This document shows positions 34,869-45,306 of a DNA stretch of 64,000 nucleotides, piece by piece (position 1 is the stretch's first letter; each line of letters starts with the position of its first letter). A program made the position numbers and the translations under genes. The notes under the pieces are model-generated. The model made no database searches, was not told the origin of the DNA, and was given only the letters and a program-made list of their open reading frames with translations. This stretch comes from a virus: the IMG/VR virus record IMGVR_UViG_3300021956_000012; one strand, 5' to 3'.

Positions 34869-35348
34869 TTACTCTCCTATGCAGATTTTGTATTCTTCTG
34901 TTCTGCGTTTAGTCAGTCCGGGTAATGCCCTGCCTTTGAATTTATCCCACTTTAGAATCTCTTTACAAGCTGCAGCATAATCATAAAGTTTTAACTTTGT
35001 AATTATAGTTGATTTGCAGAATGCATTTGTTCCAATATTATAACTAAGAGATACGTAGGCATCAAACTCATATTGGTACATAGGAACAGGAGCGCAAGTT
35101 CTCACAGCTTCCTCGTATACTTCGACATGCTCACCAAGGCGCTTTAAAGCCTTTTCTGGCGTTGTTCTTTGACCTAGTAGTACCCGAGTACCATCAGGGT
35201 TAATTGTCTCTCCAAAACCGATTGTAGCCACATCTCCGGGTACTGGAATGTAAGCATTATCTCGGTATCCCTCATTTGTAGCAATTGTAATTAGACCACC
35301 AGAAGATAGTACTAAACCGGCAGCTAATGTTCTAATTTTAATTTTCAT
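34869..35348 (-). CDS. Endolysin, GH24 lysozyme, probably SAR type
   Basis: Weakly hydrophobic N-terminus, then NEG...D..TIGFG; FDAYVSLSYNIG; GLTKRR. Confidence 0.9.
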   Translation of the reverse strand: MKIKIRTLAAGLVLSSGGLITIATNEGYRDNAYIPVPGDVATIGFGETINPDGTRVLLGQRTTPEKALKRLGEHVEVYEEAVRTCAPVPMYQYEFDAYVSLSYNIGTNAFCKSTIITKLKLYDYAAACKEILKWDKFKGRALPGLTKRRTEEYKICIGE

Positions 35349-35551
35349 TCTATGTCTTTCTGAGCCACGATACGAGCAATAAAAGCAGCAGTAACTGATA
35401 CGAAAGTTAAGGCTGCAAATGTACCTCTATCGAAATAATCAAAGTATAGTGGAAGAACAACCTCTGATGCAGATAGAATACCTGCTAGAATAATGAACTT
35501 GATACTCCATGCTTTCTTAACGATATCTTTCCAGTTACTGTAGAGTTTCAT
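35345..35551 (-). CDS. Putative holin
   Basis: Two TMs, NWK...AWSI start, directly upstream of endolysin. Confidence 0.65.
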   Translation of the reverse strand: MKLYSNWKDIVKKAWSIKFIILAGILSASEVVLPLYFDYFDRGTFAALTFVSVTAAFIARIVAQKDIE

Positions 35552-35778
35552 TACAAGCCTACAATCATTTTTAATACATTAGTAATACCCATTGACTGAG
35601 TTAGTACTACTAATACCGCACCCATTGCTAGATACTTAATCTGGTTTAATGTCTTTTCTATACCTGTGAGAGAATTGCGAAGGTCAGTAGAGATATCCTG
35701 AAGTTTCTTCAATTCTTCTGCATGATCTTCAACTTTTAATTCAAGTTTAATAACACGGTGTTCAATCTGTTCTGGCAT
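35551..35778 (-). CDS. Coiled-coil plus C-terminal TM protein (XhlA-like; holin/antiholin candidate)
   Basis: Architecture and position in the lysis cassette. Confidence 0.55.
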   Translation of the reverse strand: MPEQIEHRVIKLELKVEDHAEELKKLQDISTDLRNSLTGIEKTLNQIKYLAMGAVLVVLTQSMGITNVLKMIVGL

Positions 35779-35811
35779 ACTACGTCTTCCACTCTCTAAA
35801 TTACAAATAAA

Positions 35812-35837
35812 AATAAGCCACCCGAAGGTGGCCTATT
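35812..35837 (-). terminator. cUUCGg terminator just downstream of the lysis promoter
   Basis: aataggccacc-ttcg-ggtggcttatt followed by tttattt. Confidence 0.7.
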
Positions 35838-35849
35838 GCGATAACTACT

Positions 35850-35878
35850 ATTATATCATTAACTTCGATAGAAATCAA
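35850..35878 (-). promoter_or_regulatory. Late (cTTGATT class) promoter of lysis cassette
   Basis: TTGATT-17-TATAAT with TG. Confidence 0.75.
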
Positions 35879-35881
35879 GGT

Positions 35882-36232
35882 TTAATTACAGATTGGCCCT
35901 GCTAAAGTTAGTGGATCAACTCCATCAGGAATCATAGTTGGATCGAGAATATCGTCATTTTTATCTCTTAATGCGTGGATACAATATGCAACAGTTTGAT
36001 CAACTAGAGCAACAAGCTCGTGAACTTTATCTGCTTTAATATAAATCATCTGTGGTGCGGTAAAAATAGTCTCTTTACCCTCTACTGTGACTTTTAAACG
36101 TCCTTTAGCTAAGAGCGTTAAATGATCAAACTGATGAGTGTGCCCTATTTCAATATCGCCTTCTTTTTCAAAATGCATCATTCTTGAGTATAGATTAGCA
36201 ACACATCCTACAGAAATATTTGGTTGGTTCAT
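35882..36232 (-). CDS. Cupin-domain protein
   Basis: GHTHQFDHLTLL...HEL...CIH metal-binding His pattern. Confidence 0.7.
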   Translation of the reverse strand: MNQPNISVGCVANLYSRMMHFEKEGDIEIGHTHQFDHLTLLAKGRLKVTVEGKETIFTAPQMIYIKADKVHELVALVDQTVAYCIHALRDKNDDILDPTMIPDGVDPLTLAGPICN

Positions 36233-36459
36233 AGAATCTCCACCGGTAGTTGTTGTTTTACTTTAACTGGAATCTTAACTTTTGGTTTATATTCTACTGA
36301 ACCGTTAGAATAAACCCAATCGGAATTATAACCACTCTTCCAAATTTTATCGAAATCTTCATTAGATATTGGATATACTTCTACGCCCTCATCTAAATAA
36401 ATAGCGTCATCATATAAACAGACAATCTCATTGTCCGCATTAATACTTACTTTATACAT
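36229..36459 (-). CDS. Putative tail fibre assembly protein
   Basis: Small acidic ORF after the fibre gene. Confidence 0.45.
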   Translation of the reverse strand: MYKVSINADNEIVCLYDDAIYLDEGVEVYPISNEDFDKIWKSGYNSDWVYSNGSVEYKPKVKIPVKVKQQLPVEIL

Positions 36460-36471
36460 TAATATTCCTTA

Positions 36472-37470
36472 TTAATAGATCCAACTGACAGCTGGTGCTC
36501 TGTAATGCACATCACTAAACCCCGGACTAAGAATCACATTAACCGTGTTTGTATAGTTAGTGGTCCTAGCATAAACCTCAAATGTGTCTCCAATACCGCA
36601 AGAAAAGTCTCCCTCCCAAGTAAGCTCCGGATTTGAATATAAGTCACCAGTTATAGCAACACCGTTTCGATAGATTTTGAAATAACCAGACCAACCATAA
36701 GGATCAAAACCACCTACTAGTTTAATTCTAACGGAGCCAGCGATAGATACTCTAATTCGACCACCAACTTTTGTAAAACCGGTTCCAACAACTTTACTGC
36801 CATTAGTATTCGCAAGTGTGTAGTAGTAAGGCCCTGCATATTGGTTTTGAACTAATTCCCCTGATGAGTTTGCATAATTTACGCTGAAATTACTTGGATT
36901 ATATACATTAACATTACCGGGGGTATCGCCACCAAAAAGCCATGTAGGTTGTCCACCAAGACCTGACCAAGTGAATTGAATTGCTGTTCCATTACCACCG
37001 CCAGAAGAAACTGTAGATGCCTTTACTGCAAGGGTTGTTGTACCAGAATTTCCAGAGATATTTCCTACAATCGTACTTGTAAAAGTTTTTGTTCCTGCGA
37101 TAGATTGATCACCTACTGTAGAAACATTACCTGTGCCATTAATTTGTAAATAATTTGTAGTATCTAAACTAGGATCGGTCGTACCAGAACCAGAGGCTGT
37201 AATTCTACGATAAGATAGACCATTGATGGGACTCCAAACAACAGCACCGTTTGCGTAGGTTGTTCCACTAACCCATTTTACGATATTAGTTGCAGCAAAA
37301 ACAGCGGCAGCAGCAGCAACTGCATTACTTTCGCTTGTATTTACATTGGTTTGAAGAGTGTTTGCTTCTGTTGCAAAAACTGGTAACGCACCTAGAAACG
37401 CATCAGCCCTATCATTAAAGTTCGTAGGGTCTTGCCGACTTGGTGGCGTTGGTAAAGCTGTAATAGCCAT
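36472..37470 (-). CDS. Tail fibre / receptor-binding protein
   Basis: MAITALPTPPSRQDP...ADAFLGAL anchor; Gly/Thr/Ser-rich. Confidence 0.7.
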   Translation of the reverse strand: MAITALPTPPSRQDPTNFNDRADAFLGALPVFATEANTLQTNVNTSESNAVAAAAAVFAATNIVKWVSGTTYANGAVVWSPINGLSYRRITASGSGTTDPSLDTTNYLQINGTGNVSTVGDQSIAGTKTFTSTIVGNISGNSGTTTLAVKASTVSSGGGNGTAIQFTWSGLGGQPTWLFGGDTPGNVNVYNPSNFSVNYANSSGELVQNQYAGPYYYTLANTNGSKVVGTGFTKVGGRIRVSIAGSVRIKLVGGFDPYGWSGYFKIYRNGVAITGDLYSNPELTWEGDFSCGIGDTFEVYARTTNYTNTVNVILSPGFSDVHYRAPAVSWIY

Positions 37471-37482
37471 AATATTTCCTTA

Positions 37483-39099
37483 TTAAATTAGACCTTCGAT
37501 CTGTAGATTACAGATAGAGTGCGTTGGGTAAGATATCTCAGTTGAGAAATCACGATAGAAACCATAAGTAATTAATGGCTCTTCAAATTGAATGTCTGTA
37601 CTTGCAAGCCAAAGAACAGGTGTAGCTCTTAATTGATATAAAATACGTTGTACTTTATTTAAGTTAGCATTGGTCAGAGTAACACTGGCATTAATACGCT
37701 TGCTGTAATTTCGTTTAATGAAAGTTACATTACCAAATTCATCCGTATCTTTTCTTGAATAGTCAATAATACCTGCACTAACACCGTATTGAGTATTACC
37801 TAGATTCTTTAACACACCTGTTACAAATGTACCAATACTAGTTGTACCAACACCGGATACTTTTACTGAAATTAATACATTAGATGCTGTAGGAATATCT
37901 AGATAAATACTTGTAGTTCTAACAGTATCTGCATCATAGAAGAAATAACCGTACCAGTCAACAGAATCACCACCGGTAAGTTGTTGAGTATTATGATAGA
38001 TCGGAGTTTTTAAGCTTGCATCTGCCACAGCTATAGCAGTCCGACTACCATTTACATTTAAGAGTGCCACAGTATCAATTGATGACGCTGTAACTGCAAA
38101 AATAATGTCAGTGGCTGATGAGGATACACTACTAATTTGATCATCAAAAGCTGCCATCTTATTAGTTGGCCCTGAGCGAACCCAATACGTTGTAGCAGTC
38201 AATGGATTTTGATTTAGGTTACTATTTTGTAAGCTTACATATGTACCATAAATACCATATGAAACAGACGTACCTAGTGCATATGTTGTACCAGAAGACC
38301 ATTCTGCATAGGCGTTTGTAACATTAGTATAGACTAGACCTGAACCTGTGATAACATCTGCAGCACGAGTTACAGCAGCAGTAGTAGTTTTAATATAACT
38401 ACTAGCAAGAGAACCAGTTTCAATCTGAGCACCCCAAATATAAACACCTGAAGTTCCATCTCCAGTATAGTTAATAGATGTAGAATTATCCAGATTAATT
38501 ACTAAACCCCCCGATGCAGTTGTTGTACCGAATTGTGCAGTGATAGAACATCGATACCATCCATTGCCAATAGGTTGGATTGTACCTGAGCTTGTGCTAT
38601 CACCTGATACACTAAATAAAGTACCAGTAGAAAGATTAAAACCGACAGAAGGGGTACCAGTAGTCCAATTAGCACTATTACCTACTCTGAGGACAATTCT
38701 AGATCGTTCGGATGCCTTAGCATAAACAGACATTGTATAGAACAAATTAGCAGTTAATGTTTGGTTTTGAGAAATAAAGTGAGAAGTTGTAACGGAAGTA
38801 TCTTCAATCAATTTTTCAGCGGTAGCTGTACTATCAGGAGCCGTAGTAGCATTTGCTGTTACAGTTGTCCTTGTTTTAGACCAAGAAGCGTTATCAAAAT
38901 CTTGAGATTGAAATACTAGATTAGTGGCGGCGTTTTCAATTAATACACCTAAAAATTCTTTCGTATATGGATCATAATTAACACGTACAGCATCGATAGC
39001 AGCTGTCTGCATAATACCTGTGCTATCAAAATAAGTACCGATAGTACTTCTAGTAATAGCACCAGTAGTTGTAATACTCTCTGGTTTTACTAAGTTCAT
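37483..39099 (-). CDS. Distal tail/baseplate protein with inserted lectin/CBM-like domain
   Basis: LIENAATN...SVYAK...GWYRC...WGAQIE...TSYI...VTRAAD insert; position after TMP. Confidence 0.6.
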   Translation of the reverse strand: MNLVKPESITTTGAITRSTIGTYFDSTGIMQTAAIDAVRVNYDPYTKEFLGVLIENAATNLVFQSQDFDNASWSKTRTTVTANATTAPDSTATAEKLIEDTSVTTSHFISQNQTLTANLFYTMSVYAKASERSRIVLRVGNSANWTTGTPSVGFNLSTGTLFSVSGDSTSSGTIQPIGNGWYRCSITAQFGTTTASGGLVINLDNSTSINYTGDGTSGVYIWGAQIETGSLASSYIKTTTAAVTRAADVITGSGLVYTNVTNAYAEWSSGTTYALGTSVSYGIYGTYVSLQNSNLNQNPLTATTYWVRSGPTNKMAAFDDQISSVSSSATDIIFAVTASSIDTVALLNVNGSRTAIAVADASLKTPIYHNTQQLTGGDSVDWYGYFFYDADTVRTTSIYLDIPTASNVLISVKVSGVGTTSIGTFVTGVLKNLGNTQYGVSAGIIDYSRKDTDEFGNVTFIKRNYSKRINASVTLTNANLNKVQRILYQLRATPVLWLASTDIQFEEPLITYGFYRDFSTEISYPTHSICNLQIEGLI

Positions 39100-39111
39100 A
39101 GTTTATCTTTC

Positions 39112-39444
39112 TTATTCTGGTTTGGGATATTTTGCTTTAACTGCTAAGCACTTAGCAATATAATCACTTATCTGTTGTTGATCGCCTTTTACAAGACCAT
39201 CAATATAGTCTGTAATAGGCGGATACTCTTGAGCACGTAATAATTGATACTCTGTTGCCGAATTATCTGGAATTTCATTAGGTAATAAAACCAAACTATC
39301 TTCTATGCATTCAACCCTATTTCCATTTTGAACACCTTCAATTAACTTAGAGTATTCAATGTCTGAAATAGTTACATAATTTTCAAGAGTATCTACAAGA
39401 GGAATTGCAAAGCGTTGTTTGTCTTTTAAATAATATTTAGGCAT
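39112..39444 (-). CDS. Tail fibre assembly chaperone-like
   Basis: LRAQEYP...CLAVKAKYPKP C-terminus. Confidence 0.55.
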   Translation of the reverse strand: MPKYYLKDKQRFAIPLVDTLENYVTISDIEYSKLIEGVQNGNRVECIEDSLVLLPNEIPDNSATEYQLLRAQEYPPITDYIDGLVKGDQQQISDYIAKCLAVKAKYPKPE

Positions 39445-40016
39445 TAATCAATCCTCATAATTCTCAAACAACCTGCAAACCCAGCCGTTGAATAAGTTAT
39501 ATTAGTTTGATTACCCGCTGGAGCACCAGCAGTAATTAATTCTCCTGCGTATAAATAACCCCAATAGCTTGATTCAGTATAACCTGCATTGTAGCCTGTG
39601 TGATTATGTTCCCATGCTCCTGCAGTCCTGTCTTCAAGAAAGCTTCGGCCTCCGTTAACAGCAAGGCCAATGAAAGTATCACCACCGCCTGTACCTCTAG
39701 CAGTAGCTCTACAAATATAAAGACCAGTTTTTAAAACGTAGATGCCATCTGTAGAGGATACCCAATCTAAACTTGAGCCGTTACCTTGACCTCGATTATA
39801 TCTAAACTTATAATCAGATACCCAACTTGTTTGACCGATCTTAGCTGCCCACTCCCCGCCTAAAGTTTTTGCACTATAGGTAGATGCAGAACTGGCTATA
39901 GCAATCCTATTTTCGTCGGTAATAAAAAGGGGTTCACCTTCCAGTAAACCCCCTGAAGAGGCTAGAGCATCTATCTTAGCCCTAGTACCTCGTTTTAATT
40001 GTAAAGTAGTTGTCAA
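39444..40016 (-). CDS. Short fibre with Mtd-like N-terminal anchor
   Basis: LQLKRGT...LLEGEPLF..D. Confidence 0.55.
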   Translation of the reverse strand: MTTTLQLKRGTRAKIDALASSGGLLEGEPLFITDENRIAIASSASTYSAKTLGGEWAAKIGQTSWVSDYKFRYNRGQGNGSSLDWVSSTDGIYVLKTGLYICRATARGTGGGDTFIGLAVNGGRSFLEDRTAGAWEHNHTGYNAGYTESSYWGYLYAGELITAGAPAGNQTNITYSTAGFAGCLRIMRID

Positions 40017-43000
40017 ACGACACCTCCATCAATAGTAGCTGATACACTTAGTGTTTCACCATCTTGGTTAGCACGTTCTAGAATCTTAGCTGTCTTAGCA
40101 TTGTGAGAAACATCAGCTCTTACTTCGGCACGTAGACCTTGAACTTCAGTAACTAACGCAGATAATAATTCTTGATTGCTTGAGGTAGCACTAACAGTAG
40201 CTGTAGCACCTGTACCCATAGCAGATACAGAAGCTAAACTAACTGCAGATGTTGCGCTTGGTGAAGCTGTAAAGCCACTTGCTCCTACATAGCCTAAAGT
40301 ATCTTGCAAGGACTGAGCTAAACGGGCACGAGCCATGACAATATCAGTTGCATTAACTGCAGTAGCTCCAGCGATCTGTTCTAGACCTTGCGTGATAGAA
40401 GGTAGTTTAGCTAGTGCTTCTAAGTCACCAGAACGAGCCTGAGCAGTGATAATTGCAAACTGAGACTCTAAGCCTGTCTGTGAAGTGTTGACACCACGTA
40501 GGCGATTAATCTCTGTTACAATCGTTGTTGTAATAGAAGTTAATTTCTCAAGAGCTTTAGCAGCTTCTTCATCAGCAGCTTTCTTATCTTCAAGAGCTTT
40601 GATCTGATCGTACAAGGCTTGATTAGTCTCGTAAATCTTAGCACGTTCTCTTTCACGTAAAGCTACTGTATCACCTTGTAGTGTTAGAAGCTGTGTTTCA
40701 AGATCGTAGCGCTGTTGTAGAACTTGTTCACCAAGTTTCTGTAAAGCATCGTATGACTCTAAACCTAACTTTTTAGCGAGTTCATCACCAAAACCACCTA
40801 GAGCTTCATCCACTTTTTTCTTGCGTTCATCAGCAGATAAACCTTTTAGATTTAATTCGATAGCTTTTGTAACATCGCCTAAACCAGAAGCGTCAATACC
40901 TAATGCATCAGCGTATTTTTTAGTTGTAACATTCAAACCAAGTAAAGAAGTATCTAAATATTCTTGGAGCGAATCTGAAATTTTAGATAAGTTTCTACCT
41001 GACTTATTACTTCTAAACCAACCACCTTTTTGGAACCAGTCTTCGAAAGCTTGTACATCAGCACCTTGTGTTTTTAAAGTACCTACAATACCTTCTCCAG
41101 TAATCTCTTTAGCTTTCATACCAAAGGCACGATTAGCTAAACCACTTACTGCACCAATACCTAAAGATACTAGTGGACCTAAACCCGGAATAAACGCTGC
41201 AGCAACAGTTGCTACATTTTGTAAGTCAGTGAGTGTCTTATTAATCTCATAGCCACTGCTAATACCTTTATTAAGCATTACACCACCAACAGCACCAGCA
41301 GCAGGAGCTGCAGCAGCCCCCATATTATAAGCACCTGAAGTAGCTAAACCACCTGACTGCATTCCTGCAAGAGGTCCAAAGCCACTTACAATACCAGCAC
41401 CAAAAGCTTGAGCTTGAGCACCAATAGCTGCGAGAGTTGTACCGCCAATAGATAGATTGCCAATTGTACTACCGAGTGAACTACCAGCAGTGCCACCTAA
41501 CATGCTGTTAAGACCTGAGCTAACCATACCAGATAGGGAATTAACAACTGCATTTACTACAATAGTAATAGGCTTCTTTAATTCAGCAATAATAATATCT
41601 CTTAATTTTTTACCACCGGCTTCACCACCATCGATAAGAGCAGTTACTAAAGCATCAGAAATATTAGCTTTTAGCTTATTATATTCTTGAGCATAATATA
41701 GCATCTCTGCATCAATACCAGCTTGAACAATTTCTTGTCGAGATTTACCCTTAGCTTCTTCCAACGCTGTATTAGCATTTTTAACTGCTTGTTCAGCATC
41801 TTTATATCTTGAGCTAGAAGGATCAAGACCTGATAATGTCAATTTAGACATTGCAACACCAGCTTTTAAAGCAGCATCTTGCAATTCAGATAATTTTGCT
41901 ACATGACTTTGTTCAGCTTCAATCTGTGCCTTAACTCTAGCAAGTTCTCCACCTGATAAACCAGCTAACTGATTCTCAAGATCAATCTGCAATTTACGCT
42001 TAGTTGCAGTATCTTCTAAAGTTCTTGCAAATTCTTTAGAACCTTCAATAACTTTTTTAGTATATTGACCAAGATTATCTAATGCTTTAGTTTGCTGCTC
42101 TACAGATTTATCTGCAATAACAGAATTACTAGTTTTTACTGTCTCTATTAAGTTTTTATAAATAGCATTTAACTGATCTAGTGCATCTTTCATTTTCTTT
42201 GTTTCAGCATCAGACTTTGCTACACCACCCACAAAGATAGCTCTAGCACCTTCTGCTTTAATCTTAGCTTCTTGATCAGAACGAGCTTTTTCTAAGGCTG
42301 CAATATATTTATCATTTTCAGATAATTTTTTATTGTTCTGATCACGAATTAAAGTTAGTTCTTCTGAAAGAAAATCGCCAGTATCTGTTAACCCTAAAGC
42401 ATAACGGTTCTTACTTTCGGTAAGAAGTTTGTTAGTATCTGCGTCAATCTCTTTAAGAGTATTAGAATAATTAGTTTTTAATTCTTCAAGTTTTAAATCT
42501 TTTGGTGCAGTAAAACCACCCATTGCTTGTCTTTTAGCAATATCTTCTTCTATCTTTTTTGCAGCTTTATTATTTGCTTCTTTTTCGTCAGCTAATTTTT
42601 TCTGAGCTGCAATCTCTTTTTCAATACCAGCAATAACAGCTTCTTGGACTTGTATAGAGTTTTTACGGTATTGCTCTGTCATGATACCAGTACCAGCTAT
42701 ACCACCTTCAAACCATGCACCACTTTTTAGACCTTCAAGTTCTTTCTTAGCAGTCTCTAGTTGACTAGTAAGCGTACCTTTTCTACCTACATTAAGAATA
42801 GCATTCCACATAGAAGTAGCAGCTTCTGCAATACCTTTAAAGAATCCTTCTAAATATCCCATGTCGTTTTGAATAGTACCGGATGCTTTATTTAGTGCAT
42901 CAGCATAAGCTCGTGTAGCAATTGCTGCAGCTTCAGCTTTTTTACCTTGTCTTTCTAAACTGTCTACTACTTTTAAAATCTCTGGGTCGATTAGACCAGT

Positions 43001-44722
43001 AGTTTTAGCTAGATCAATAAGGGCTGTTGTAGGTTTATCAGCTAATTTACTAAACTCTTTAACTGTAGATTCAATACTGACTCCCGCAGCTTTATTCAAA
43101 TTAATAGCTGCAGAGGTAACTGTTTGTAAATTGTCAGAGGTAATATTACCAGCTTTAGCAGCCTCAGTAATAGCTCCCATGTAGTCTCCCACATTGCCTT
43201 TTACACCGGCAAAAGCATTAGCAAGCTCTTGTGCTTTATTAGTTGTTAAACCTAAACTACCACCGGAAAGATTAGCAGCTTTGCTTAGATCTGCTTCTTG
43301 TTTGATTACTTCCTTTAAAGCCATACCATATGCAACTAAACCTGCGACAGCCACAACTGCAATAACTGTGCCCAAAGCTATAAAAGACTGAAGCATTCGT
43401 CCTCCAGATACTTCCATTAATCTGGAATATCTAAGAGTAGAAATTATGCCTTCATCTAGTTGTTTCAAAGCTTCTCTAGACTCTCCTAGTCTTTTAAAAG
43501 GTGCTACCAGACCATCAATAACAGCAGACCCTGCACTTTTAATTGCACTAACAAAGAAACCACCCATTGCTTGAGCAGTCTGCATAAATGATGTAGCAAT
43601 CTGAGTTGCAGCACCACTCATGGCTTTCTCAAGTTCTTTACCTGAAGCACCGGCTTGTTGAATAGCACCACGAATCTGATCACCCTGTTGGATCATAACC
43701 AACAACGGATTCATACCAGAAGCTAAGGAGATACCAACGTCGCCCATTTGCACAGAGATAGCACGAGCAAGGTATTGGAGTTTATCAGCTTGTTTCTTAT
43801 CTGCGATAGCATCAAATTGAGTCTTAGCATGCGCCAATTTAGCAGCGGCTTCATCTGAGCTTAGGCCCATTAAACGTAAATTCTTCTCATATTTAACGAG
43901 AGCATCACTGCCAGCTTTATCAAGTTTTGCATTAGATACGTCCAAAGCTGCAGCTAAACGAGCGTCAGCATCTGCAACATAAGCTGCAGCTTTTGCAGAA
44001 TCTGTTAATGCCTTATCTTTCTGGCGTAAAGAGGTTGTTAAGGCATTTTCTTGTTGAGCAAGATTAGCTGCAATACCAATTAATTTTCTATACTCAGTCT
44101 CTGCATCTTTAAGTGTCTTGCCTTCCATATCAGCTAACGTAATTAAGCGTTGCTTTTCAATGGCAAGTTCTTTAAGTTGTGTTTTTGTTAAACCTAATCC
44201 TTGAGCATAAAGACTATCCATCTCAGCTGCAATTTTTAGTTTATTAGTCCATGCTTCAATAGCACCTTGACTTTTATCGAATGGGTCAGCACCTGTTAGT
44301 GCTCGTTGAGCTTGACGAGTTTCACCAATCTTTGCTAGTTCTTCATTAGCTACACCCATAGCCTTAGCTGTAGCTAAAATAGAAGCATCACCTCTAGAAT
44401 AACCTTTAGCCATGTTCTCTAAGATTGTAACTTGGCGTTCTAGAATGGTCATACCCTTCTTAGAAGAGTCTGTAGCAGTATCCTGAGCCTTACCTAGCTT
44501 CTCAGCGGCTAGAGCAGCCTTAGTTGCAGCTAGTTCTGCTTTGGCTGTAGCTTCTGCCGTATTAGCTTGAGCTTGTGCCAGTTTCTCTGCATTAATCGCA
44601 GATTCTTTTACAGGTTTATTAACTTTATTAAGTGCATCACCTAATGCACTGATCTTCTTAGCGGCAGCATCTAATTCTGTTGTATCAACAACAAAACGTA
44701 GTTCTTCTAAATTTAGTGCCAT
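40013..44722 (-). CDS. Tail tape measure protein
   Basis: 1569 aa Ala/Lys/Glu-rich helical protein; DVGISLASGMNPLLVMIQQGDQI lambda-TMP-like motif. Confidence 0.92.
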   Translation of the reverse strand: MALNLEELRFVVDTTELDAAAKKISALGDALNKVNKPVKESAINAEKLAQAQANTAEATAKAELAATKAALAAEKLGKAQDTATDSSKKGMTILERQVTILENMAKGYSRGDASILATAKAMGVANEELAKIGETRQAQRALTGADPFDKSQGAIEAWTNKLKIAAEMDSLYAQGLGLTKTQLKELAIEKQRLITLADMEGKTLKDAETEYRKLIGIAANLAQQENALTTSLRQKDKALTDSAKAAAYVADADARLAAALDVSNAKLDKAGSDALVKYEKNLRLMGLSSDEAAAKLAHAKTQFDAIADKKQADKLQYLARAISVQMGDVGISLASGMNPLLVMIQQGDQIRGAIQQAGASGKELEKAMSGAATQIATSFMQTAQAMGGFFVSAIKSAGSAVIDGLVAPFKRLGESREALKQLDEGIISTLRYSRLMEVSGGRMLQSFIALGTVIAVVAVAGLVAYGMALKEVIKQEADLSKAANLSGGSLGLTTNKAQELANAFAGVKGNVGDYMGAITEAAKAGNITSDNLQTVTSAAINLNKAAGVSIESTVKEFSKLADKPTTALIDLAKTTGLIDPEILKVVDSLERQGKKAEAAAIATRAYADALNKASGTIQNDMGYLEGFFKGIAEAATSMWNAILNVGRKGTLTSQLETAKKELEGLKSGAWFEGGIAGTGIMTEQYRKNSIQVQEAVIAGIEKEIAAQKKLADEKEANNKAAKKIEEDIAKRQAMGGFTAPKDLKLEELKTNYSNTLKEIDADTNKLLTESKNRYALGLTDTGDFLSEELTLIRDQNNKKLSENDKYIAALEKARSDQEAKIKAEGARAIFVGGVAKSDAETKKMKDALDQLNAIYKNLIETVKTSNSVIADKSVEQQTKALDNLGQYTKKVIEGSKEFARTLEDTATKRKLQIDLENQLAGLSGGELARVKAQIEAEQSHVAKLSELQDAALKAGVAMSKLTLSGLDPSSSRYKDAEQAVKNANTALEEAKGKSRQEIVQAGIDAEMLYYAQEYNKLKANISDALVTALIDGGEAGGKKLRDIIIAELKKPITIVVNAVVNSLSGMVSSGLNSMLGGTAGSSLGSTIGNLSIGGTTLAAIGAQAQAFGAGIVSGFGPLAGMQSGGLATSGAYNMGAAAAPAAGAVGGVMLNKGISSGYEINKTLTDLQNVATVAAAFIPGLGPLVSLGIGAVSGLANRAFGMKAKEITGEGIVGTLKTQGADVQAFEDWFQKGGWFRSNKSGRNLSKISDSLQEYLDTSLLGLNVTTKKYADALGIDASGLGDVTKAIELNLKGLSADERKKKVDEALGGFGDELAKKLGLESYDALQKLGEQVLQQRYDLETQLLTLQGDTVALRERERAKIYETNQALYDQIKALEDKKAADEEAAKALEKLTSITTTIVTEINRLRGVNTSQTGLESQFAIITAQARSGDLEALAKLPSITQGLEQIAGATAVNATDIVMARARLAQSLQDTLGYVGASGFTASPSATSAVSLASVSAMGTGATATVSATSSNQELLSALVTEVQGLRAEVRADVSHNAKTAKILERANQDGETLSVSATIDGGVV

Positions 44723-44792
44723 ATTATGCTCCAGTTTTGTATTTATACAGTATAAATCTTTCTTATATCTACTACGAATAATACATATAAGA

Positions 44793-44813
44793 AAGCCTCC
44801 GGTTAGGAGGCTT
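44793..44813 (-). terminator. Terminator after HNH
   Basis: aagcctcc-taacc-ggaggctt followed by tcttat. Confidence 0.6.
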
Positions 44814-44817
44814 ACTG

Positions 44818-45306
44818 TTAGAATTTGTTGCTTTTCAGCCGATTTAATGTTTTAGGTAATACTTGTAGATTCCAAGGAACATGCAGTCCGCAAACAGTCT
44901 TACCCTGTAGTGGAACGATATGGTCTACCTCATAGGGTATACCCATTACTGTAGAGCACCAACGTGCAAGTTCATACTCTATTTCAATGCTAAGTAAATC
45001 TTGTTTAGTTAGCCATCTTGGAGTTGCATGTAATTTTCTTGCTCTTCTTTTATTTGATAAGGCTACTGCCTTACTTTTATTATTTTTATACCAAGATTTT
45101 TGATATGCAGTTACAGAGTTAATATTAGTTTCAGTGTAAGTCTTTTGATATCTTAGACGTCTATCCCTTGTCTTTAAATACTGGAATGAATCTTGCTTTT
45201 TCTTACATTGCTTACATCTTCCAGCATAGCCATCTGAACTATCATTACGTCTATGAAACTCCGAGAACAATTTTATTTGATTACAATTAGAACAAACTTT
45301 TTCCAT
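44818..45306 (-). CDS. HNH homing endonuclease inserted between chaperone and TMP genes
   Basis: CSNC...CKQC; EVDHIVPLQGKTVCGLHVPWNLQV. Confidence 0.85.
   Translation of the reverse strand: MEKVCSNCNQIKLFSEFHRRNDSSDGYAGRCKQCKKKQDSFQYLKTRDRRLRYQKTYTETNINSVTAYQKSWYKNNKSKAVALSNKRRARKLHATPRWLTKQDLLSIEIEYELARWCSTVMGIPYEVDHIVPLQGKTVCGLHVPWNLQVLPKTLNRLKSNKF

Noticed and set aside
39444-40016. Diversity-generating retroelement, suggested by three Mtd-like N-terminal anchors
   Set aside because: No reverse transcriptase, no Avd, and no template/variable repeat pair differing at adenines seen in the window
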